In this document: in pieces, positions 30,301 through 37,896 of the stretch
Layout of the letters: each line of letters begins with the position of its first letter
Position numbering within the stretch: the stretch's first letter is position 1
NCBI GenBank assembly: GCA_900541985.1
Contig: UQLX01000001.1
Coordinates: forward strand, 61,046 to 125,045
Direction: 5' to 3'
DNA from: an uncultured Blautia sp.
GTDB taxonomy: Bacteria > Bacillota > Clostridia > Lachnospirales > Lachnospiraceae
Length of the DNA: 64,000 nt
Made by a program: the position numbers and the translations under genes
The notes under the pieces: generated by a model
Database searches by the model: none
Told to the model about the DNA's origin: nothing
What the model saw: the letters and a program-made list of their open reading frames with translations, nothing else

Positions 30301-30352
30301 CTTCCTCTGATGCTGCTGTCTGAGTCGAAGACGAGTTCTGCATCAGAGGAAG
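30301..30352. repeat. perfect 13-bp inverted repeat with a 26-nt spacer
   Basis: CTTCCTCTGATGC (30301-30313) / GCATCAGAGGAAG (30340-30352). An outer CTTTGC/GCAAAG pair adds to it. Confidence 0.7.
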
Positions 30353-30495
30353 TGTATTTTGCAAAGAAGCAGAAACATAGAACTTTCCAAATCGCGAACC
30401 AGCGTCTGTGGCAGATTTCTCTGATCCTGCATATCCTTTACAGGCAAAAAATAATATTCCGCCCCACCCTCACAAACACAAAGTTATTTTACAGA

Positions 30496-30523
30496 TTGAC
30501 ATATCTTCTCCACGGGTTACAAT
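30496..30523 (+). promoter_or_regulatory. near-consensus sigma-70 promoter for the ATPase-Toprim gene
   Basis: TTGACA (30496-30501), a 16-nt spacer, then TACAAT (30518-30523). It lies about 88 nt upstream of the ATG at 30611. Confidence 0.6.
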
Positions 30524-30610
30524 GAAAGAAAACATAGAAAGTAAAGAACTGATCGTAACTGTGAAGGTGCTGGAAGATCACAGGGAACTGATCCGGGGGA
30601 GGTGTATGTT

Positions 30611-32461
30611 ATGCAGATCACAGACCTGCAGATTCGGAATTTCAAATCCATAAAAAATATTCATATTTCGGATATTGAGAGTGCGTTGATTCTGGTGGGG
30701 CAGAACAACACAGGGAAGACAGCGGTTCTGGATGCCATTCGGGCAGTCAGCGGCGATTATCAGATCTGTCTGGAGGATTTTCTGGAAGATTTTCCCAATA
30801 TTGAGATCGGGGTCAGACTTCGGATCACAGAAGAGGATCTTTCCCGGATGCAGGAAAAACGGATCATCAGTCCCTATCGGAACTATACGGCCTGGTATCA
30901 GGATTTTTGCCGGAAGCTTCCCTCCTATCAGGACGGGATACTTACTTTTGAGTTTGTGGCAAACAAAGAGGGACGGATCCGCTACAGTGACGGCTATCAG
31001 AAAAACAACAGTCATATCCCCGAGATCTTTCCAAAGGTGTATTATATCGGAGCCCAGAGAAAGATGGATTTTCTCCAGGAGAATATTTTGCTCCTTCAGG
31101 AGGATGAGCTTCTGAAACAGATGCGTTCCGACTGCTGTATGTTTGACCGGGCCAAAAAATGCACTCACTGTTTTTCCTGCATTGGATATCTGAACCAGAA
31201 AACTACAGAAGAACTGAATGCCTTTGAGACTGCCAAGCTTCTGGACTATAAACTGTATCAGCTGAACCTGGATGATTTTTCACGGCGGGTTAATGAAAAT
31301 TTCCGGAAAAACGGAGGAAAAGAGCAGATCTTTTATTCCATGAATCGTGATATTGAAAAAATGCTTTCCGTAACGGCAGAGGTCTATGATGAAAAACAGG
31401 AAAAATATAAACCGATCAGCTGTCTGGGAAAAGGTATGAGAAGTATCTATATGCTGTCTCTTCTGGAAACCTGTGAGGAAACAGGAGATGACGCGGCGGA
31501 TCTGATCATTGTGGAGAATCCGGAAATATTTCTTCATCCCAGATTGCAGAAAGTATCCGGAGATATTCTGTACCGTCTTTGCAGATCAGGACAGGTGATC
31601 TTTTCTACCCATTCTGCAAATCTCCTTTCCAACTTTAACAGCAGACAGATCCGTCAGATGGTTCAGGGAGAAGACGGGTATGCAAAAATATGTGAGAAAA
31701 CAGACATCAGCGCGGTTCTTGATGATCTGGGATACTCTGCCGGAGATCTGATGAATGTAAACTTTGTATTCATTGTGGAAGGAAAGCAGGATAAAACAAG
31801 ACTGCCCCTTCTTTTGAAAAAATATTATTCGGAGCTTCATGACGAGGAGGGGAATCTTCAGAGAATCGCTATTATTACAACAAACAGCTGTACCAATATC
31901 AAAACCTATGCGAATCTGAAGTATATGAATCAGATATACCTGAAAGATAATTTTCTGATGATCCGGGATGGAGACGGCAAAGACAGAGAAATGCTCCAGC
32001 GTCAGCTGTGTAAATACTATGAAGACAGAAATCTGGAGGATATAGACAGGCTTCCCAGAGTTATGCCAAGGAATGTGCTGATCCTGAAATATTATTCCTT
32101 TGAAAATTATTTTTTTAATCCAAAGGTTATGGCGCAGCTTGGAGTTATCAGTTCCGAAGAGGAATTTTATGAGATCTTTCTGGAGAAATGGAAGGAGTAT
32201 CTCCACAGGATCAAAAGTGGAAAAAATCTCAGGGAGGTACTGGGTAAGGATCTGGAAACCATAGAAGATGTAAAAGCGCATATGGAGGAGATCAGGATTT
32301 ACATGAGAGGGCATAACCTTTATGATATCTTTTACGGAAGGTATAAAAAAGAAGAAACAGAACTCCTGACCCGGTATATCGAAATCGCTCCAAGGGAGGA
32401 TTTCAGGGATATTCTTGACGCGGTAGATCAGTTTATTTACTTTGAAAACAGAAAAAAATAA
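30611..32461 (+). CDS. ABC-type ATPase fused to a Toprim/DUF4435-like nuclease domain (OLD-family or merged PARIS AriA-AriB-like)
   Basis: The ATG at 30611 lies 8 nt after GGGGGAGG. 'LQIRNFKSIK', Walker A 'GQNNTGKT', 'LIIVENPEIFLHP', 'FSTHS'. C-terminal 'FVFIVEGKQD', 'IRDGDGKD', 'YSFENYF'. Confidence 0.75.
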   Translation: MQITDLQIRNFKSIKNIHISDIESALILVGQNNTGKTAVLDAIRAVSGDYQICLEDFLEDFPNIEIGVRLRITEEDLSRMQEKRIISPYRNYTAWYQDFCRKLPSYQDGILTFEFVANKEGRIRYSDGYQKNNSHIPEIFPKVYYIGAQRKMDFLQENILLLQEDELLKQMRSDCCMFDRAKKCTHCFSCIGYLNQKTTEELNAFETAKLLDYKLYQLNLDDFSRRVNENFRKNGGKEQIFYSMNRDIEKMLSVTAEVYDEKQEKYKPISCLGKGMRSIYMLSLLETCEETGDDAADLIIVENPEIFLHPRLQKVSGDILYRLCRSGQVIFSTHSANLLSNFNSRQIRQMVQGEDGYAKICEKTDISAVLDDLGYSAGDLMNVNFVFIVEGKQDKTRLPLLLKKYYSELHDEEGNLQRIAIITTNSCTNIKTYANLKYMNQIYLKDNFLMIRDGDGKDREMLQRQLCKYYEDRNLEDIDRLPRVMPRNVLILKYYSFENYFFNPKVMAQLGVISSEEEFYEIFLEKWKEYLHRIKSGKNLREVLGKDLETIEDVKAHMEEIRIYMRGHNLYDIFYGRYKKEETELLTRYIEIAPREDFRDILDAVDQFIYFENRKK

Positions 32462-32473
32462 AAGGAGGACGGC

Positions 32474-32632
32474 TTGCTTTATGATGGAGCAACATATCTG
32501 GGAAATCAATTAGAATGTGAATTTGATTGTAGCAGATGTTTCGGGATTGCTGCTAATATGGAATTCATTCTTATCAGTACCTATGAACAAAATGGTACAA
32601 ATCCGGAACTGGTTATTTACAGGAAAAGATAA
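32474..32632 (+). CDS. possible 52-aa ORF (TTG start) immediately downstream of, and in frame with, the ATPase-Toprim gene
   Basis: AGGAGG (32463-32468) lies 5 nt before the TTG. The translation is 'LLYDGATYLGNQLECEFDCSRCFGIAANMEFILISTYEQNGTNPELVIYRKR'. It is below the ORF-track size cut-off. Confidence 0.25.
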   Translation: MLYDGATYLGNQLECEFDCSRCFGIAANMEFILISTYEQNGTNPELVIYRKR

Positions 32633-32822
32633 TCTTCTCTTTGCATCTGAAAGTGGATAGCAGCCAAACAGAAATTTTTACATTTGGGAAGGATGTTTGA
32701 TATAAATTTAACATAACCGGGCAAGTGCATTTAATCATGTATTGATAAGCTGTGTTCTGTCGGGGAGAAGTGATTCCTGACGCAGATTACAAAGTATTGA
32801 CCGTGAAAAAGGAGAACAATCT

Positions 32823-34385
32823 ATGAACGCGAAAAAAATCAGTGCATTATTACTTGCGGCAGCAATGATGGTACCGTGTGCAGTTCCGGTCCGGGTACTG
32901 GCGGCAGGGGAGGCCGGGCAGGAAGCTTCTCAGGAAACAGAAGCAAAGACACCAAAATATATTTTTCTTTTTATTGGAGATGGAATGAGCTATCCTCAGA
33001 TTCAGACTACCAATTATTATCTGAATGCCATAGAGGATGACGGAGACGATATTCTTACAAGTGAGAGCAGACTGAACATGATGAAGTTTCCGGTAGCAGG
33101 ATCTGCCCAGACCTATGACAGCACTTCCTTCTGTCCGGATTCTGCATCTACTGCCACCTCTATTTCAACCGGTCATAAGACCTACAGCGGAACCATCAAC
33201 ATGGATGAAAAGATGGAAACCGCATATGAGACTATTGCAGAAAAACTGAAAAAACAGCTTGGCTACAAGGTGGGGATTCTTTCTACTGTGAATCTGAACC
33301 ATGCGACTCCGGCAGCTTTTTATGCACATCAGGCATCCAGAAACAGTTACTATGAGATCGGTCAGGAAATGATCGCCAGTGAGTTTGATTATTTTGCAGG
33401 AGGCGGTCTGAAGAAAACCACAGGTGACGAAGGTGATAAGACAGATCTTTACCAGCTGGCGCAGGAGGCAGGCTATAAGGTTGTCAAAACACAGGAAGAA
33501 GCAGAAGCGCTGACTGCGGAAGACGGAAAGACGATCGTGATTGATGAGACTCTGGCAGATGACGATGCCATGAGCTATGATATGGATCGGGAAGAAGGAG
33601 AATGGGGACTTGCCGATTATGTGGAAAAGGGAATCGAGGTTCTGAATAACGATACAGGATTCTTTATGATGGTAGAAGGCGGCAAGATTGACTGGGCATG
33701 TCATGCAAATGATGCAGCTGCCACAATTACAGATACGGTTGCCATGGATCAGGCGGTAGGAAAGGCTGTGGAGTTTTATAATAAGCATCCGGACGAGACG
33801 TTGATTCTTGTTACAGGAGACCATGAGACGGGTGGTCTGACGATTGGATTTGCCGGAACGGATTACGATACTTTTCTGGAAAATATCAGCAATCAGAAAA
33901 TTTCCTATGCAAAATTTGATTCAGATTATGTAGCCGGATACAAAGAAAATAAAACGGATTTTGACACAGTTATGGCAGATATTACAGAGCTTTTTGGACT
34001 GGAGGCTCCATCCGGAGAGTCAGAGACAACCAATCAGGCAGACGGCAAGGATGTACATCCGGAAGGAGAAGAAGGCGGTTCTCTGGTTATGACGGATTAT
34101 GAATACAACAAACTGAAAGCTGCTTATGAGGAAACTATGAGCCGGACCGGTGAGGAGGAAGCGTTTGGACAGGAGGAATATCTCCTCTATGGAAGCTATG
34201 AGCCTCTGACTGTGACCATCACTCATATTCTGAACAACAAATCCGGTATTAACTTTGCATCCTATGCCCATACAGGACTTCCGGTAGAGGTGTTTGCAAT
34301 GGGCGCTGAGCAGGAACAGTTTGAGGGATATTATGATAATACGGATATTTATAACAAACTGGCTGCCATCACAGGAGTGCAGTAA
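32823..34385 (+). CDS. alkaline phosphatase (PhoA family), secreted
   Basis: Signal peptide; 'FIGDGMSYPQ'; the active-site region 'DSASTATSISTGHKT'; 'TGDHETGG'. Confidence 0.85.
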   Translation: MNAKKISALLLAAAMMVPCAVPVRVLAAGEAGQEASQETEAKTPKYIFLFIGDGMSYPQIQTTNYYLNAIEDDGDDILTSESRLNMMKFPVAGSAQTYDSTSFCPDSASTATSISTGHKTYSGTINMDEKMETAYETIAEKLKKQLGYKVGILSTVNLNHATPAAFYAHQASRNSYYEIGQEMIASEFDYFAGGGLKKTTGDEGDKTDLYQLAQEAGYKVVKTQEEAEALTAEDGKTIVIDETLADDDAMSYDMDREEGEWGLADYVEKGIEVLNNDTGFFMMVEGGKIDWACHANDAAATITDTVAMDQAVGKAVEFYNKHPDETLILVTGDHETGGLTIGFAGTDYDTFLENISNQKISYAKFDSDYVAGYKENKTDFDTVMADITELFGLEAPSGESETTNQADGKDVHPEGEEGGSLVMTDYEYNKLKAAYEETMSRTGEEEAFGQEEYLLYGSYEPLTVTITHILNNKSGINFASYAHTGLPVEVFAMGAEQEQFEGYYDNTDIYNKLAAITGVQ

Positions 34386-34388
34386 AAA

Positions 34389-35525
34389 ATGAAGAGCAGA
34401 CTGAAAAAAAGCTCTGTTTCTCTTGTGGCAATCTGTCTGATGGTGATCCTCATGGCCCTTCCTACGGGCTATGAGGATGCTGTCATTTATCAGGGAACAG
34501 ATAAAGTGAAGGCAAAGGTGCTTTCCACCGATGAAAGTACAGTCAGAAGCTCTGGCCTGATCCAGTCAGGAGAACAGTTTTGTCAGATTGAGCTTCTGGG
34601 CGGCCGGTTTAAGGGAGAGAAAATCCGTGCGGTGAACATGCTCAGTGGCTCTCTGGAGTCGGACAAAATTTTTGAAGAAGGGGACATTGCCCATGTAGTG
34701 GTAAGCTACAGTGGGGATAAGATCACCTCTGTGACTATGAGCGATCATTATCGTCTGGATAAGGAAATCCTTCTGGCAGGAATGTTTGTGGTACTTTTGA
34801 TCGCATTTGCAGGATGGACAGGGCTGAGAGCTGTGTATTCGTTTGTGATCACAATTCTGACTATCTGGAAGATTCTTGTTCCGGCATATCTGGCAGGGGT
34901 GAATCCGGTGTGGTGCGGGATTCTGATCACCGCCTTCCTGACCCTTCTGATCATATTTCTGGTATATGGTTTTGACAGAAAGACAGTAGCGGCTTCATCA
35001 GGAGCACTTCTGGGTGTTCTGGTCACCTGTGTGATCGGCTGCATTTTTACAGATGCATTTAAGATCCATGGTGCAGTCATGGCGTATTCGGAAAGTCTTC
35101 TCTATTCCGGCTATCAGGATCTGAATCTGACAAAAATATTTATGAGCGGGATTTTTATCGGAGCCTCCGGCGCAATGATGGATCTTTCTGTGGATATCAC
35201 GTCGGCAGTAAATGAGGTCGTACAGAAAAAGCCGGAGATTGGATGGAAAGAAGCGGCCTGTTCGGGCATGAATGTAGGGCGGGCCGCCATGGGAACCATG
35301 ACAACGACACTTCTTCTGGCTTATTCCGGAGGGTATATAGCTCTTTTGATGACCTTTATGGCTCAGGGCACCCCTGTGGAAAATATCCTGAATTATAAGT
35401 ATGTTTCTGCAGAAATACTGGATACGGTGGTGGGGAGTTTTGGCCTGGTAACCGTAGCGCCGTTTACGGCCGTTACAAGTGGCTGGCTGCTTACCAGGAA
35501 AAAGAAAGATTGTAAAGAAAGCTGA
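34389..35525 (+). CDS. YibE/F family membrane protein
   Basis: An N-terminal TM and soluble domain, followed by about 6 TM helices. The architecture and sequence feel are typical of YibE/F (from memory). Confidence 0.65.
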   Translation: MKSRLKKSSVSLVAICLMVILMALPTGYEDAVIYQGTDKVKAKVLSTDESTVRSSGLIQSGEQFCQIELLGGRFKGEKIRAVNMLSGSLESDKIFEEGDIAHVVVSYSGDKITSVTMSDHYRLDKEILLAGMFVVLLIAFAGWTGLRAVYSFVITILTIWKILVPAYLAGVNPVWCGILITAFLTLLIIFLVYGFDRKTVAASSGALLGVLVTCVIGCIFTDAFKIHGAVMAYSESLLYSGYQDLNLTKIFMSGIFIGASGAMMDLSVDITSAVNEVVQKKPEIGWKEAACSGMNVGRAAMGTMTTTLLLAYSGGYIALLMTFMAQGTPVENILNYKYVSAEILDTVVGSFGLVTVAPFTAVTSGWLLTRKKKDCKES

Positions 35526-35601
35526 TGCTGTGGTAAACTGTCTTTAAAAGAGCCGGAAATGTGGATAACTTTTCAGGTAAAACAGATTTCAGGAGGACAG
35601 G

Positions 35602-36144
35602 ATGAATATTTGTGTATATGGGGCTTCCAGTGCATTTCTGGAAGAGATTTATTACAAAAAGACAGAAGAGCTTGGAAGAGAGATCGGAAGAAGAGGACAT
35701 GGTCTGGTATTTGGCGGAGGTGCCACGGGAATGATGGGAGCCGCTGCCAGAGGCGCAGATGCAGAGAAGGGATATATTCTGGGGATTGCACCGCATTTTT
35801 TTGACAAACCAGGTGTTCTTTATGAAAACTGTTCGGAATTTATTTTTACAGAAACCATGAGAGAAAGAAAGCAGCTTCTGGAAGACAGATCCGATGCAAC
35901 CATTGTCACTCCGGGAGGAATCGGGACGTATGAGGAGTTCTTTGAGATCCTGACACTGAAAAGCCTTGGACGTATCGATCGCCCGATTGTGCTTTATAAT
36001 ATCAATGGCTATTATGACAGAATGAAGGAACTTCTGGAATATACAGCAGAGCAGAGGTTTATGAAAAGTGCAAACCTCGGCCTCTGCTGTTTTATGAAGG
36101 ATCCGGCTGAGATCCTGGACTACATAGAGCATTATCATGGATAA
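35602..36144 (+). CDS. LOG-family protein (TIGR00730; cytokinin riboside 5'-monophosphate phosphoribohydrolase-like)
   Basis: 'VYGASS', 'LVFGGGATGMMG', 'PGGIGTYEEFFE'. Confidence 0.85.
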   Translation: MNICVYGASSAFLEEIYYKKTEELGREIGRRGHGLVFGGGATGMMGAAARGADAEKGYILGIAPHFFDKPGVLYENCSEFIFTETMRERKQLLEDRSDATIVTPGGIGTYEEFFEILTLKSLGRIDRPIVLYNINGYYDRMKELLEYTAEQRFMKSANLGLCCFMKDPAEILDYIEHYHG

Positions 36145-36149
36145 AAGGT

Positions 36150-36701
36150 TCAGTGCTGTGTCCGTATCTGATTTCTGATCTGGCGGATACCCGGAACAGA
36201 AATGAGAAAGGGGTAAAGGATACAGGCTAAGACCAGACCTCCGGTTCCCTGGATCAGGTTTGCCGGAATACTGGCTGCAGCTCCCGGTATTCCATACATA
36301 GGAATTTCACAAAGAAAATAACCTCCGGCTACCAGTACGATGTCGGATATGCCTCCCAGAACCACTGCCAGACCGCGGCTTCTGGGAGTATTTTTCATAT
36401 GCTGAAAAATAAATCCGCAGGACAGAGCAACCAGTCCCTTGACGGCAAGGGTAACAGGAACATAGATAAAATAACCGCCCAGAAGATCTGCAAGTGCGGA
36501 TCCGATTCCGCCTGCCAGAAATCCCCAGACGGGACCAAGGACGATTCCGGACAGAATGACTATGGCATCTCCGGGATGGATATAGCCTCCGGTACCCGGT
36601 GTGGGAATTCGTATAGACATGGTTGCAGCACAGGAAAGAGCTGCAAAAAGAGCCGCTGTGATCATAAGCTTTAATTTGCTGTCTGCTGGATTTTGAGTCA
36701 T
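36150..36701 (-). CDS. ECF-transporter S component (substrate unknown)
   Basis: About 6 TM helices; 'IHPGDAIVILSGIVLGPVWGFLAGGIGSALADLLGG'. The ATG at 36701 lies 8 nt after GGAGG. No riboswitch was recognised upstream. Confidence 0.6.
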   Translation of the reverse strand: MTQNPADSKLKLMITAALFAALSCAATMSIRIPTPGTGGYIHPGDAIVILSGIVLGPVWGFLAGGIGSALADLLGGYFIYVPVTLAVKGLVALSCGFIFQHMKNTPRSRGLAVVLGGISDIVLVAGGYFLCEIPMYGIPGAAASIPANLIQGTGGLVLACILYPFLISVPGIRQIRNQIRTQH

Positions 36702-36885
36702 ATGGTTCACCTCCGTTAATGATGAACTTACTTTACACCATGATTGTGCTTTGAAAAAGATGCAAAAACGATAAAATATCAGGGGACAGTTTTTGGAAAT
36801 ATGAAAATAAAGCTTTTTCTAAAGGAAAAGATATGATAAAATAAAAAACTATGTGTTAAACTATAAAAAGAAAGTGTGAGTGATA

Positions 36886-37758
36886 ATGAAACAGGAAAAT
36901 TATATCAAAGGAATGGTTATGATCATTCTTTCAGCCTTCTTTTTTGCGTGCATGAATGTCAGTGTGCGTCTGGCCGGAGACCTTCCTTCTTTTCAGAAAA
37001 GCTTTTTCCGGAATCTTGTGGCGGTGGTTTTTGCAGCAGTGATCCTTTTGAAAGACCACGAAGTACCAAAAGTGAAAAAACAATATTGGGGACCTTTGTT
37101 TCTTCGCTGCGCCTTTGGCACAATTGGAATTCTCTGTAATTTTTATGCGATCGATCATCTTCTGGTGGCAGATGCTTCGATCCTGAATAAGCTGTCTCCT
37201 TTTTTTGCCATTATTTTTTCCTATTTTATCCTGAAAGAAAAAATCAATCCGATACAGGTCACGGCTGTGCTTCTGGCATTTGCAGGCTGCCTTTTTGTGG
37301 TAAAACCGGGATTTCAGAATGCGTCATTTCTTCCGGCATTGATCGGTGTATGCGGCGGACTGGGAGCGGGGATCGCTTATACCATGGTAAGGGTGCTGGG
37401 AACGCAGGGAGTCAGAGGGCCGGTGATCGTATTTTATTTTTCCCTTTTCTCATGTCTTGCGATACTGCCATTTGTCCTGCTTCATTATACCCCGATGTCA
37501 GCAGGACAGCTGGGGAGCCTTCTCATGGCAGGATTGTTTGCAGCAGGAGGACAGTTTACGATTACGGCTGCCTATACATATGCGCCGGCTGGGAAGATAT
37601 CTATTTTTGATTATTCGCAGATTCTCTTTGCCACGATGTTGGGATTTTTCCTTTTTGGCGAGATTCCGGACAAGTACAGTTTTATAGGATATGGACTGAT
37701 CATTCTGGCTTCGCTGGGGATGTTTATCTACAATATGAGAACCGCAAAGAAGAACTAA
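36886..37758 (+). CDS. DMT-superfamily (EamA) transporter
   Basis: Ten TM helices in two EamA halves. ATG at 36886. Confidence 0.8.
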   Translation: MKQENYIKGMVMIILSAFFFACMNVSVRLAGDLPSFQKSFFRNLVAVVFAAVILLKDHEVPKVKKQYWGPLFLRCAFGTIGILCNFYAIDHLLVADASILNKLSPFFAIIFSYFILKEKINPIQVTAVLLAFAGCLFVVKPGFQNASFLPALIGVCGGLGAGIAYTMVRVLGTQGVRGPVIVFYFSLFSCLAILPFVLLHYTPMSAGQLGSLLMAGLFAAGGQFTITAAYTYAPAGKISIFDYSQILFATMLGFFLFGEIPDKYSFIGYGLIILASLGMFIYNMRTAKKN

Positions 37759-37776
37759 AAACTTTGCGGTTTTTTC
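37741..37776 (+). terminator. intrinsic terminator of the EamA gene
   Basis: ACCGCAAAG / CTTTGCGGT 9-bp stem followed by TTTTTT. The 5' arm overlaps the last codons. Confidence 0.7.
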
Positions 37777-37823
37777 ATAAAATAAAACTTGATAAAATTT
37801 GTCAAATATTTAACGAAAATCTA

Positions 37824-37852
37824 TTGATTTTCCTGTAAAGAACGGATATAAT
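37824..37852 (+). promoter_or_regulatory. sigma-70 promoter of the flavodiiron gene
   Basis: TTGATT (37824-37829), a 17-nt spacer, then TATAAT (37847-37852). Confidence 0.6.
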
Positions 37853-37896
37853 AAGAACAACTGATAAAAGTACATCAAATAAAAAGGGGTATTAAA

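Noticed and set aside
30090-30610. A retron-type msr/msd RNA or other partner element upstream of the OLD-like gene.
   Set aside because: No reverse transcriptase gene is present anywhere nearby. The only structure is a single 13-bp inverted repeat, and there is nothing resembling a1/a2 repeats flanking it.
30408-30653. Small ORFs in the spacer: 30099-30323 (+), 30038-30364 (-), 30298-30525 (+), 30408-30653 (+), including an ATG at 30522.
   Set aside because: There is no RBS, the composition is odd, and one overlaps the permease 3' end in antisense. The ATG at 30522 lies inside the predicted -10 hexamer, so it would not be in the transcript.
32675-32730. Pho-box-like TT(T/A)A(C/T)A repeats upstream of the alkaline phosphatase gene (TTTACA ... 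TTTGAT-N5-TTTAAC).
   Set aside because: Only two of the hexamers are in 11-bp phase, and they are weak matches in an AT-rich region. This is not distinguishable from chance by eye.
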